Of a stretch of 64,000 nucleotides of DNA, positions 51,390-62,424 are shown in pieces. The stretch's first letter is position 1, and every line of letters starts with the position of its first letter. The position numbers were made by a program, and so were the translations under genes. The notes under the pieces are model-generated. The model did not search any database, had not been told where the DNA came from, and saw nothing but the letters and a program-made list of their open reading frames with translations. Origin of the DNA: Mustelus asterias (lineage: Eukaryota); assembly GCF_964213995.1 (NCBI RefSeq), contig NC_135830.1, forward strand, positions 11,346,001 through 11,410,000. Direction: 5' to 3'.

Positions 51390-51730
51390 TTAAAGCTCTG
51401 GTGAGGCCACAACAGAATACTGAGCCCAGTTCTGGTCACCACACTTTAGGAAGGATGTGAGGGTCCTTGAGAGAGTCGAGAGGAGATTTACCACAATGGT
51501 TCCAGAGATGAGGAAGATGACGCGAATGTGGAACTCGCTACCAGTGAGTGGTTGAGGTGAATAACATGGATACATTGAAGGGGAAGCTAGATACATACAT
51601 GAGGGAGAGAGGAATAGAAGGATATGCTGATGGGGGAGAGGAAGAGGGGTGGGTGGAGGCTCATGTGGAGCATAAATACTGACACAGACCAATTGAGCCG
51701 ACTGGCCTGGCCCTGTGCTGTAGACTCACT
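51390..51730 (+). mobile_element. CR1 3' fragment shared with 19405-19760
   Basis: Near-identical 3' part and junction. Confidence 0.8.
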
Positions 51731-51966
51731 GGAACAGAGACAAATGTATTTATTTTTGATTTACCTGGTGTTTGTGGGTCATTTCAGTAAAATGTGCACT
51801 CCCAAATTCAAACAGCATCGACCCACTGGCAGCAAAGCCATGAGGTCGGTCAGTCCAGCAGAAAGAAACCCTCCAACCCTCTCACTTCAGCAACTGTCAG
51901 AATGAACATGGTTCAGTCCTGGATGTGATTAACAGCAGCAAGAACAGCAGAATCCAACCCCTGTCA

Positions 51967-52809
51967 TCACTTGTGAATTCGCTGGTGTCTTAGCAGGTGA
52001 GATGACCGTTTAAATCTATTCCCACACTCAGAGCAGCTGAACGGCCTCTCCCCAGTGTGAACTCGCTGGTGTGTGAGCAGATTGGAGATCTGAGTGAATC
52101 CCTTCCCACAGTCAGAGCAAGTGAATGGCCTCTCCCCAGTATGAACTCGCTGGTGTGCCAACAGGGTGGATGAATGACTGAAACCCTTCCTGCACACAGA
52201 GCAGGTGAAGGGTGTCTCCCCAGTGTGAACTCGCTGGTGTATTAGCAGTTGGGATGATGTTCTAAATCTCTTCACGCAGTAAGAGCAGCTGAACGGTCTG
52301 TCCTCAGTGTGAATGCGCTGGTGGCCCATCAGAGTCTGAGAGCTTTTGAAGCTACGCCCACAGTCTGAGCATTTAAACAGTCTCTCATTCATGTGAGTGA
52401 CACGGTGTGTCTGCAGGGTGGATGAATGACTGAATCCCTTCCCACACACACAGCAGGTGAACGGCCTCTCCCCAGAGTGAACTCGCCGGTGCCTCCACAG
52501 GGTGGAACGATCGCTGAATCCTTTCCCACAGTCTGAGCAGGCGAAAGGCCTCTCCCCGGTGTGAACTCGCTGGTGGGTCAGCAGGCTGGATAACTGAGTG
52601 AATCCTTTCCCACACACGGAGCAGGTGAACGGCCTCTCCCCAGAATGAACTCGCTGGTGTCTCAGCAGGGTGGTTGATATACTGAATCCCTTCCCACACA
52701 CAGAGCAGGTGAACGGCCTCTCCCCAGTGTGAACTCGTCGATGTGTGTCCAGTGCAGATGGGCACTGGAATCCCTTCCCACAGTCCCCACATTTCCATGG
52801 TCTCTCCAT
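51967..52809 (-). CDS. ZNF-K: tandem C2H2 protein, 10 fingers
   Basis: accATGg at 52809 ([10 protein letters not shown]); 10 canonical fingers. Confidence 0.88.
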   Translation of the reverse strand: MERPWKCGDCGKGFQCPSALDTHRRVHTGERPFTCSVCGKGFSISTTLLRHQRVHSGERPFTCSVCGKGFTQLSSLLTHQRVHTGERPFACSDCGKGFSDRSTLWRHRRVHSGERPFTCCVCGKGFSHSSTLQTHRVTHMNERLFKCSDCGRSFKSSQTLMGHQRIHTEDRPFSCSYCVKRFRTSSQLLIHQRVHTGETPFTCSVCRKGFSHSSTLLAHQRVHTGERPFTCSDCGKGFTQISNLLTHQRVHTGERPFSCSECGNRFKRSSHLLRHQRIHK

Positions 52810-54416
52810 GGTGCCAGTGTCCTTTTGATAATGAGTTGATTCCACATCCAAGTACAGAACACATGTACAGTTTCTCCTCGCTGTGAATGGGGTGATGTTT
52901 TTCAGGCTGTGTTACTGGTTGAAGCTCTTTCCACAGTCAGTTCACTGGAACACTCTCACTCAGGTGTGTGGGGTCTCCATTCTTGTCCAGTCACACTGAT
53001 GTTTGAAATCTTTTCCCACAGACAGAACAAACAAACATTTCTTCTCATACATTCAAACGGCAATTATATTCAGGTCCTGATGAATCCAGTGACTTTGTAA
53101 CATCTTGTTGTGACGTTTGGTGTGAGATTTCAGTCTGTAAATTCTCTCCTTCTAATATCCTGTTTATAGAAGTTATCAGTGTAAGTATAGGACTGAAATT
53201 CAAAACAGACCATTCTAGTTTCCATGAAATATTCTTTGCTTTCTCATTCCCTAAAGTTGTAAATCTCCATCCCACACACTCTCCCCCCCATTGTCATACT
53301 GCTGTACCTCATACACACCCTCCCAATTCTCCTGAAGGTGCTGATTCAGGCTGATTGACAGACCCATGCTCCTGTCCAGTACAAAGAGACCTGAAAATCT
53401 TCATGCAGGCTGCTACCCAATGTCCACATTACTAAACATATCATTGATCAGCAACAGAAAGGAGATGTGAGGACCAATTTCATTCACGAGTGGTCACGAC
53501 CTCACCCCACTGCTTCTGTGCATGGTGGAATCAGAAATGATCAATGATTTGAAAAATAAATCAGATAGGTGTGAAGGAATTAAAAAGGGAACAGAGTTAT
53601 GGAGGGGAAATGGGACTGAGTGGATTGATGTACAGAGAGTCAGCATGGACTTCTTCCAACTATCACTGGAATATATACAACATTTCAGGCAATGTAGTGG
53701 AAGACACGCCCTGTCTACATCAACGGTGACAAAGTGGAAATGGTTGAGAGCTCAAGTTTCTAGGTGTTCAGATCACAACAACCTGTCCTGGTCCCTCGAA
53801 ACTGCTGCTTTAGTTAAGAAAGCCCACCAACGCCTCTACTTTCTCAAGAGGCTAAGGAAATTCAACATGTCAACTACGACTCTCATCAATTTTTACAGGG
53901 ACATCACAGCTTGGTATTGCTGCTGCTCTGACCAAGAGTGCAAGAAACTACAAGGAGTGTGAATGTGGCCCAGTGCATCACGCAGATCAGCCTCTTATCC
54001 ATTGACACTGTCTACATTTCCTATTGCCTCAGAAAAGCAGCCAGCATAATCAAGGACCCCACTTATCCTGGAAATTCTCTTTTCTATCTTTTTCCGTCGG
54101 GAAAAAGATACAAAAGTCTGAGGTCACATACCAACCGACTCAAGAACAGCTTCTTCCTTGCTGCTATCAGACTTTTACAAACAAAGAACAAAGAAACTTA
54201 CAGCACAGAAACAGGCCCTTTGGCCCTCCAAGCCAGCACCGACCATGCTGCCTGACTGAACTAAAACCCCCTACCCTTCCGGGGACCATATCCCTCCATT
54301 CCCATCCTATTCATGTATTTGTCAAAAAGCCCCTTAAAAGTCACTATCATATCTGCTTCTACTTTCTCCCCCGGCAGCAAGTTCCAGGCACCCACCACCC
54401 TCTGTGTAAAAAACTT

Positions 54417-55005
54417 GTAAGAAGTTTAACAACACCAGGTTAAAGTCCAACAGGTTTATTTGGTAGCAAAAGCCACACAAGCTTTCGGAGCTCTAAGCCC
54501 CTTCTTCAGGTGAGTGGGAATTCTGTTCACAAACAGAGCTTATAAAGACACAGACTCAATTTACATGAATAATGGTTGGAATGCAAATACTTACAACTAA
54601 TCAAGTCTTTAAGAAACAAAACAATGTGAGTGGAGAGAGCATCAAGACAGGCTAAAAAGATGTGTATTGTCTCCAGACAAGACAGCCAGTGAAACTCTGC
54701 AGGTCCACGCAACTGTGGACAGATCTTTTTAGCCTGTCTTGATGCTCTCTCCACTCACATTGTTTTGTTTCTTAAAGACTTGATTAGTTGTAAGTATTCG
54801 CATTCCAACCATTATTCATGTAAATTGAGTCTGTGTCTTTATAAGCTCTGTTTGTGAACAGAATCCCCACTCACCTGAAGAAGGGGCTTAGAGCTCCGAA
54901 AGCTTGTGTGGCTTTTGCTACCAAATAAAACTGTTGGACTTTAACCTGGTGTTGTTAAACTTCTTACTGCGTTTACCCCAGTCCAACGCCGGCATCTCCA
55001 CATCA
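54417..55005. mobile_element. Large palindromic Penelope-derived insertion (family 1)
   Basis: ~245-bp near-perfect inverted arms 54417-54661 and 54723-54967; TSD taaaaaacttgt (54407-54418, 55006-55017). Confidence 0.85.
54866..54911 (+). ncRNA. Minimal type I hammerhead-ribozyme-like motif (mirror copy on - strand 54473-54518)
   Basis: CUGAAGA-A-GGGGC(UUAGA)GCUCC-GAAA-GCUU; stem I CAC/GUG; palindromic AAGCUU stem III. Confidence 0.55.
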
Positions 55006-55121
55006 TAAAAAACTTGTCTCATACATCTCCTTTAAACCTTGCCCCTCACACATTAAACCTGTGCCCCCTAGTAATTGACTCTTCCATCCTGGGAAAAAGT
55101 TTCTGACTATCCACTCTGTCC

Positions 55122-55461
55122 ATGCGGCACGGTAGCACAGTGGTTAGCACTACTGCTTCACAGCTCCAGGGACCCGGGTTCGATTCCCGGCTTGGGTTAC
55201 TGTTTGTGTGGAGTTTGCACATTCTCCTCATGTCTGCGTGGGTTTCCTCCGGGTGCTCCTGTTTCCTCCCACAGTCCAAAGATGTGCAGGTTAGGTTGAT
55301 TGGCCGTGCTAAAATTGCCCATTAGTGTCCTGAGATGCGTAGGTTAGAGGGATTAGCGGGTAAATATGTAGGGGTGTGGGGGCCTGGGTGGGATTGTGGT
55401 CGGTGCAGACTCGATGGGCCAAATGGCCTCTTTCTGCACTGTAGGGTTTCTATGATTCTAT
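55122..55461 (+). mobile_element. HE1 SINE nested in CR1
   Basis: Full head, V-domain and tail. Confidence 0.9.
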
Positions 55462-55839
55462 GCCCCTCATAATCTTGTAGACTTCCATCAGGTCGCCCCT
55501 CAACCTCCGTCGTTCCAGTGAGAACAAACCAAGTTTCTCCAACCTCTCCTCATAGCTAATGCCCTCCATACCAGGCAACATCCTGGTAAATCTTTTCTGT
55601 ACCCTCTCCAAAGCCTCCTCCTTTTGAATGGACCTACCTCATATTGAGCTGATCTCTCTCTTCACCCTTTCTGTAACTGTAACACTATATTCTGCACTCT
55701 CTCCTTTCCTACTCCCCTATGTACTCTATGAACAGTATGCTTTGTCTGTATACCGCGCAAGAAACAATACTTTTCACTGTATCCCAATACATGTGACAAT
55801 AAATAAAATCAAACCCATTGCTGCATTTCCTTCCTGAAG

Positions 55840-56560
55840 CCACATTTGTCCACTGGGGCCTGGCCCCGGGAGAAAGCGCTGCAGCTGCCGTTGTGTTGGG
55901 TGTTGAGGCGGTGCCGCTAGTTCCTTATTGGGGGTGTTGAAGCCTCCACTGGGTGTGTGGAGCCTCCCCTCCCACCCACTGCCCCGAACGCTGCCTCCGC
56001 TTATCCGCCTCCTTCCCGCCTGAAGATCAGACAAACAAGCGCCTGTCCCTGGACATGAGCTGCACTGCGCATGCTCAACGTCACAATGCCCAGGGACTGA
56101 TTGACGGCAGCTCCGGACCAATAGGAAAAGGGGGCGGGGCTGGCGGACCGAGCGGGAGCGGCTGGTCCTCCAACCAGAGTGAATAGGGGGAGGGGTCTGA
56201 AGCATGCGCAGTGCGGGTAATGGCGGCGGACGGACGGTTTTAACTCGAATCCGAGATCAGTTTAAGGTCGAGGGCGGCGCGCAGAGAGCGATGAATGTGG
56301 TGGGTGGGTGGAGAGGCTTCGTAAACATGTTGTTCAAACCCAAACCCCGGAAAATAACTTTCCGGGCGCCCAGTTGGTACCAAATTGGAGGCGCAACTTG
56401 TCGTGTTGGGCCTGGGCTGACGGCCGCCAATGTGTCGGTGGCAATGTCTATCAGTGCGCATGTGCGGCCGGCATCTTTGTCAGGGGCAATGTGCAACAGG
56501 GTGCAGGTGCGATCGCCATGTTTGTCGGGGGCGCAGGAGTGTCGACCTTTGTGATGTATG
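55840..56560. promoter_or_regulatory. CpG-rich promoter (module A) oriented towards ZNF-K
   Basis: Reverse complement of ~33140-33555. Confidence 0.7.
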
Positions 56561-56915
56561 GGACCTGAACCCACTGCAGTCCATGTTGTGCAGGTACATC
56601 CACCCCGCTGGTAGGGAGAGAATTCCATGATTTTGACCCAGCGACTGTGAAGGAATGGTGATATATTTCCAGATGTGGAGATAAGAACATAAGAAATAGG
56701 AGCAGGAGTAGGCCATCTCGCCCTTCAAGCCTGCTCCGCCATTCAATAAGATCATGGCTGATTTGATAGTGGGTTCAATTCCACTTACACACCCGCTCCC
56801 CATAACCCTTAATTCCCTTAATGGTTAAAAATCTATCCATAGAACATAGAACAGTACAGCACAGAACAGGCCCTTCGGCCCACGATGTTGTGCCGACCTT
56901 CATCTGAAACCAAGA

Positions 56916-59786
56916 TCAAGCTATCCCACTCCCTACCATCCTGGTGTGCTCCATGTGCCTATCCAATAACCGCTTAAATGTTCCTAAAGTGTCTGACTCC
57001 ACTATCACTGCAGGCAGTCCATTCCACACCCCAACCACTCTCTGCGTGAAGAACCTACCTCTGATATCCTTCCTATATCTCCCACCATGAACCCTATAGT
57101 TATGCCCCCTCGTAATAGCTCCATCCACCCGAGGAAATAGTCTTTGAACGTTCACTCGATCTATCCCCTTCATCATTTTATAAACCTCTATTAAGTCTCC
57201 CCTCAATCTCCTCCGCTCCAGAGAGAACAGCCCCAGCTCCCTCAACCTTTCCTCATAAGACCGACACTCCAAACCAGGCAGCATCCTGGTAAATCTCCTC
57301 TGCACTCTTTCCAGCGCTTCCACATCCTTCTTATAGTGAGGTGACCAGAACTGCACGCAATATTCCAAATGCGGTCTCACCAAGGTCCTGTACAGTTGCA
57401 GCATAACCCCACGGCTCTTAAACTCCAACCCCCTGTTAATAAAAGCTAACACACTATATGCCTTCTTCACAGCTCTATCCACTTGAGTGGCAACCTTTAG
57501 AGATCTGTGGATATGGACCCCAAGATCTCTCTGTTCCTCCACAGTCTTCAGAACCCTACCTTTGACCCTGTAATCCACATTTAAATTAGTCCTACCAAAA
57601 TGAATCACCTCACATTTATCAGGGTTAAACTCCATTTGCCATTTTTCAGCCCAGCTTTGCATCCTATCTATGTCTCTTTGCAGCCTACAACACCCCTCCA
57701 CCTCATCCACTACTCCACCAATCTTGGTGTCATCAGCAAATTTACTGATCCACCCTTCAGCCCCCTCCTCTAAGTCATTAATAAAAATCACAAAGAGCAG
57801 AGGACCAAGCACCGATCCCTGCGGCACTCCGCTAGCAACCTGCCTCCAGTCCGAAAATTTTCCATCCACCACCACCCTCTGTCTTCGATCAGACAGCCAG
57901 TTACCTATCCAATCGGCCAACTTTCCCTCTATCCCACACCTCCTTACTTTCATCATAAGCCGACCATGGGGGACCTTATCAAACGCCTTACTAAAATCCA
58001 TGTATATGACATCAACCGCCCTACCTTCATCAACACACCTAGTTACCTCCTCAAAAAATTCTATCAAATTTGTGAGGCACGATTTGCCCTTCACAAATCC
58101 GTGCTGACTATCCCGGATTAATCCGCATCTTTCTAAATGGTCGTAAATCCCATCCCTAAGGACCTTTTCCATCAATTTACCAACCACCGAAGTCAGACTA
58201 ACCGGTCTATAATTACCAGGGTCATTTCTATTCCCTTTCTTAAACAGAGGAACAACATTTGCCACTCTCCAGTCCTCTGGCACCATCCCCGTGGACAGCG
58301 AGGACCCAAAGATCAAAGCCAAAGGCTCTGCAATCTCATCCCTCGCCTCCCAAAGAATCCTAGGATACATTTCATCAGGCCCAGGGGACTTATCGACCTT
58401 CAGTTTATTCAAAACTGCCAATACATCCTCCCTCCGAACATCTATTTCCTCCAGCCTATTAGCCTGTAACACCTTCTCTTCCTGAAAAACATGGCCCCTC
58501 TCCTTGGTGAACACTGAAGAAAAGTATTCATTCATCACCTCGCCTATCTCTACTGATTCCATACACAAGTTCCCACCACTGTCCTTGACCGGCCCTAACC
58601 TCACCCTGGTCATTCTTTTATTCCTCACATAAGAGTAAAAAGCCTTGGGGTTTTCCTTGATCCGACCCGCCAAGGACTTCTCATGTCCCCTCCTAGCTCT
58701 CCTCAGCCCCTTTTTCAGCTCGTTCCTTGCTAACTTGTAACCCTCAGTCGAGCCATCTGAACCTTGTTTCCTCATCCCTCCATAAGCTTCCCTCTTCCTT
58801 TTCACAAGACATTCCACCTCTTTTGTGAACCACGGATCCCTCACTCGGCCATTTCCTCCCTGCCTGACAGGGACATACCTATCAAGGACACCCAGTATTT
58901 GTTCCTTGAAAAAGTTCCACTTTTCATCAGTGCCTTTCCCTGACAGTTTCTGTTCCCATCTTATGCCCCCTAATTCTTGCCTAATCGCATCATAATTACC
59001 TCTCCCCCAATTGTAAGCCTTGCCCTGCCGTCCGGCCCTATCCCTCTCCATTGCAATAACAAAAGACACCGAATTGTGGTCACTATCTCCAAAGTTCTCT
59101 CCCACAACCAAATCTAACACTTGGCCCGGTTCATTTCCCAGTACCAAATCCAATGTGGCCTCACCCCTTGTCGGCCTATCCACATATTGTGTCAGGAAAC
59201 CCTCCTGCACACACTGCACAAAAAGTGCCCCATCCAAACTATTTGACCTACAAAGGTTCCAATCAATATTTGGAAAGTTAAAGTCCCCCATGACAACTAC
59301 CCTGTGACCCCCACACGTATCCATAATCTGCTTAGCAATTTCTTCCTCCACATCTCTATTACTATTTGGGGGCCTATAGTAAACTCCTAGCAACGTGACC
59401 GCTCCTTTCCTGTTTCTAACTGCAGCCCATATTACCTCAGTGTGCATATCCCCCTCAAAGTGCTTTTCCGCAGCCGTTAAACTATCCTTGATTAACAATG
59501 CTACTCCTCCACCTCTTTTACCAGCTTCCCTACACTTAGTGAAACATCTGTACCCCGGAACGTCCAACAACCATTCCTGTCCTTGTTCTACCCACGTCTC
59601 CGTAATGGCCACAATATCATAGTCCCAAGTAGCAATCCACGCCCCAAGTTCATCCACCTTGTTCCGGATGCTCCTTGCATTGAAGTAGACACACTTCAAC
59701 CCATCTTCCTGTCTACCGGTACCCACCCTTGACCTTGATACCTTCCCCAATACCTCACCACCCTCAACACTGACTTCTTTTCCCAC
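56916..59786 (-). CDS. CR1 ORF2: AP endonuclease plus reverse transcriptase (5' end is GTG, not ATG)
   Basis: [45 protein letters not shown]; 956 codons open. Confidence 0.92.
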   Translation of the reverse strand: MGKEVSVEGGEVLGKVSRSRVGTGRQEDGLKCVYFNARSIRNKVDELGAWIATWDYDIVAITETWVEQGQEWLLDVPGYRCFTKCREAGKRGGGVALLIKDSLTAAEKHFEGDMHTEVIWAAVRNRKGAVTLLGVYYRPPNSNRDVEEEIAKQIMDTCGGHRVVVMGDFNFPNIDWNLCRSNSLDGALFVQCVQEGFLTQYVDRPTRGEATLDLVLGNEPGQVLDLVVGENFGDSDHNSVSFVIAMERDRAGRQGKAYNWGRGNYDAIRQELGGIRWEQKLSGKGTDEKWNFFKEQILGVLDRYVPVRQGGNGRVRDPWFTKEVECLVKRKREAYGGMRKQGSDGSTEGYKLARNELKKGLRRARRGHEKSLAGRIKENPKAFYSYVRNKRMTRVRLGPVKDSGGNLCMESVEIGEVMNEYFSSVFTKERGHVFQEEKVLQANRLEEIDVRREDVLAVLNKLKVDKSPGPDEMYPRILWEARDEIAEPLALIFGSSLSTGMVPEDWRVANVVPLFKKGNRNDPGNYRPVSLTSVVGKLMEKVLRDGIYDHLERCGLIRDSQHGFVKGKSCLTNLIEFFEEVTRCVDEGRAVDVIYMDFSKAFDKVPHGRLMMKVRRCGIEGKLADWIGNWLSDRRQRVVVDGKFSDWRQVASGVPQGSVLGPLLFVIFINDLEEGAEGWISKFADDTKIGGVVDEVEGCCRLQRDIDRMQSWAEKWQMEFNPDKCEVIHFGRTNLNVDYRVKGRVLKTVEEQRDLGVHIHRSLKVATQVDRAVKKAYSVLAFINRGLEFKSRGVMLQLYRTLVRPHLEYCVQFWSPHYKKDVEALERVQRRFTRMLPGLECRSYEERLRELGLFSLERRRLRGDLIEVYKMMKGIDRVNVQRLFPRVDGAITRGHNYRVHGGRYRKDIRGRFFTQRVVGVWNGLPAVIVESDTLGTFKRLLDRHMEHTRMVGSGIA

Positions 59787-59798
59787 TCCCCTGACAAA

Positions 59799-60725
59799 TT
59801 AGTTTAAATCCCCCTGAAGAGCCGTAGCAAATTTCCCTCCCAGGATATTGGTGCCCCTCTGGTTCAGGTGCACCCCGTCCTGTTTGTAGAGGTCCCACCT
59901 TCCCCAGAACGTGTTCCAATTATCCACGTATCTGAAACCCTCCCTCCTGCACCATCCCTGCAACCACATGTTTAAGTGCACTCTCTCCCTGTTCCTCAAC
60001 TCGCTATCACGTGGCACCGGTAGCGTACCAGAGATGACCACATGTTTTGTCTTTGCTCTCAGCTTCCAGCCGAGCTCCTGAAATTCCTGTTTTAAATCCC
60101 CGTCCCTTCTCTTACCTATGTCGTTGGTACCAATGTGTACCACGACTTGTGACTGTTTCCCCTCCCCCTTAAGAATCCGGAAAACACGGTCCGAGACGTC
60201 ACGGACCCTGGCATCCGGTAGGCAACAAACCATCCTCGAGTCTCTTTTGCTGCCACAGAACCTCCTATCTATCCCTCTAACTAACGAGTCCCCAATAACT
60301 ATTGCCCTCCCGCTCTCCTCCTTACCCTCCTGAGCCACAGGGACGGACTCAGTGCCGGAGATCCTCTCACTGCGGCTCACCACTGGTATGTCGTCCCCCT
60401 CAACCGTATCCAAAGCGGAATACTTATTGCTAAGGGGAACGACCACAGGGGATCCCTGCACCGACTGCTTCTTCCCAGCCCCTCTCACCGTCACCCATCT
60501 ATTTTCATTCCGCGGAGTAACTGTATCCCTGAAGCTTCTGTCTATGGCCATCTCTGCATCCCTAATGATCCTAAGTTCCTCCAACTCCAGCTCCAGTTCC
60601 CTTACACGGTTTTGGAGGAGCTGCAGATGGATGCACTTCTCACAGGTATAATCAGCAGGGACACTGACGTCGTCCCTCACCTCGAACATAGTGCAAGAGG
60701 AACATTGCACTGCCTGCACACCCAT
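59799..60725 (-). CDS. CR1 ORF1: Zn-finger/coiled coil plus SGNH esterase
   Basis: CxxC..CxxC, heptad LQNRVRELELELEEL, GDS, GTND, DGVH. Confidence 0.92.
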   Translation of the reverse strand: MGVQAVQCSSCTMFEVRDDVSVPADYTCEKCIHLQLLQNRVRELELELEELRIIRDAEMAIDRSFRDTVTPRNENRWVTVRGAGKKQSVQGSPVVVPLSNKYSALDTVEGDDIPVVSRSERISGTESVPVAQEGKEESGRAIVIGDSLVRGIDRRFCGSKRDSRMVCCLPDARVRDVSDRVFRILKGEGKQSQVVVHIGTNDIGKRRDGDLKQEFQELGWKLRAKTKHVVISGTLPVPRDSELRNRERVHLNMWLQGWCRREGFRYVDNWNTFWGRWDLYKQDGVHLNQRGTNILGGKFATALQGDLN

Positions 60726-62424
60726 CCTCTCTAGATACCTTGCCAGTACCAGGTAGAAACAGCAAAAAATGAATTAACTCACCCCTGTTCGCCCTTTCTG
60801 CCCAAGCCCTGTGAGCCAAAGCCCTACAGCATTCACTCTGCCTCCTGCTCACTCCACTGCCCACTAACGACGCTGCCCGCTCAAAAGTGCGGCCTACTTT
60901 TAAACCCTCCAAAAACCTTCCCAGACTCCTGCTGGGCCCACTTCCTGTTTTAAAAAAAACCTCCGATTTTTTACACAAATTTAACTTAAAATAAATAAAT
61001 AAATGTAGTGAACAAACCAACTGCCTTCTCCTCAGCCTGGTCCTGTGGAACAATGAGTGACAATCCATCTGTGACTTAAACACATTTAACGAGGTAGCCT
61101 CTACTGCTTCATTGGGCAGAGAATTCCAAAGATTCACCACCCTCTGGGAGAGGAAGTTCCTCCTCAACTCTGTTCTAAATTGACTCCCCCGTATTTTGAG
61201 GCTATGCCCCCTAGTTCTTGTTTCCATTGTAAGTGGAAATAACCTCGCTGCTTCTCCCCTGTCTAGCCCCTTCATTATCTTATATGTCTCTATAAGATCT
61301 CCCCTCAACCTTCTAAACTCCAATGAGTACAGGCCCAGTCTACTCAATCTCTCCTCATAAGCTAACCCCCTCATCTCCGGAATCAACCTGGTGAACCTTC
61401 TCTGTACCCCCTCCAAAGCTAATATATCCTTTCTTAAATAAGGGGACCAAAATTGTACACAGTACTCTGGGTGTGGCCTCACCAGTACCCTGTACAGTTG
61501 CAGCATGACCTCCCTGCTTTTATACTTCATCCCCTTCACGATAAAGGCCAACATTTCATTTGCCTTCTTGATCACCTGCTGCACCTGTAAACTGAGTTTT
61601 TGTGATTCATGCACAAGGACCCCCAGGTCCCTCTGCACAGTACCATGTTGTAATTTTTCACCGTTTAAATAATAGTCCATTTTACAATTATTCCTTCCAA
61701 AGTGGATAACCTCACACTTACCAACGTTATACTCCATCTGCCAGATCCTTGCCCACTCACTTAGCCTATCTAAACCTCTCTGCAGACTCTGTGTCCTCCA
61801 CGCAATTTGCTTTCCCACTCATCTTTGTGTCATCCGCAAACTTTGTTACCCGACACTGGGTCCCCTCCGCCGGATCGTCTATGTATATGGTAAATAGTTG
61901 AGGCCCCAGCACCGATCCCTGCAGCACACCACTAGTCACTGATTGCCAACCGGAAAAGCACCCATTTATTCCGACTCTCTGCTTTCTGTTGGATAGCCAA
62001 TCCTCAATCCACGCTAACACTTTACCCCCAACTCCGTGTACCTTTATCTTATGCAGCAACCTTTTGTGAGGCACCTTATCGAATGCCTTCTGGAAATCTA
62101 AATACACCACATCCACCGGTTCCCCTCTGTCAACTGTACTCATTATATCCTCAAAAAATTCCAGTAAATGTCGGATAATTTTTTCAAACACACGCTCCAG
62201 CTTGAATGATGTCTGTATCTAAACCCTTTATAACTTATGACAATTCATTGAGGTACAGCGGGGTCTAATGTTTTGTGTGTTTGGCAGAGAGTTTAGTCTG
62301 AGTTCGAAGCTCAAACAGGCTCTTCACTGCAGACAGCTCACCATGGCAACACTGATAAGACATTTCATTGCACAGAATCGACTCAGAAACCCTTGCCTGA
62401 GGCCTGGCTGTACTCAGTAGCCAT

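Larger units (their letters stand above)
54177..55620 (-). mobile_element. CR1 3' fragment nested in Rex1
   Basis: acaaagaacaaagaa tail; RT C-terminus at 55460-55620. Confidence 0.85.
53690..55812 (+). mobile_element. Rex1/Babar LINE 3' part, host of nested insertions
   Basis: KKAHQRLYFLKRLRKF, TNRLKNSFF..AIRLL; resumes at ~55622. Confidence 0.8.
56841..61062 (-). mobile_element. Full-length young CR1 LINE (~4.2 kb)
   Basis: 5' UTR, ORF1, ORF2, (ttctatg)2 tail; possible TSD atccat (56835-56840, 61063-61068). Confidence 0.92.
56682..62170 (-). mobile_element. Host CR1 3' fragment (56682-56837 and 61063-62170) split by a full-length CR1
   Basis: RT motifs DFQKAFDKVPH and FADDTK at 61766-62191; 3' UTR at 56682-56837. 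Confidence 0.88.

Noticed and set aside
60652-61818. 388-aa ORF
   Set aside because: Chimera of host CR1 RT running into the 5' UTR of the inserted CR1
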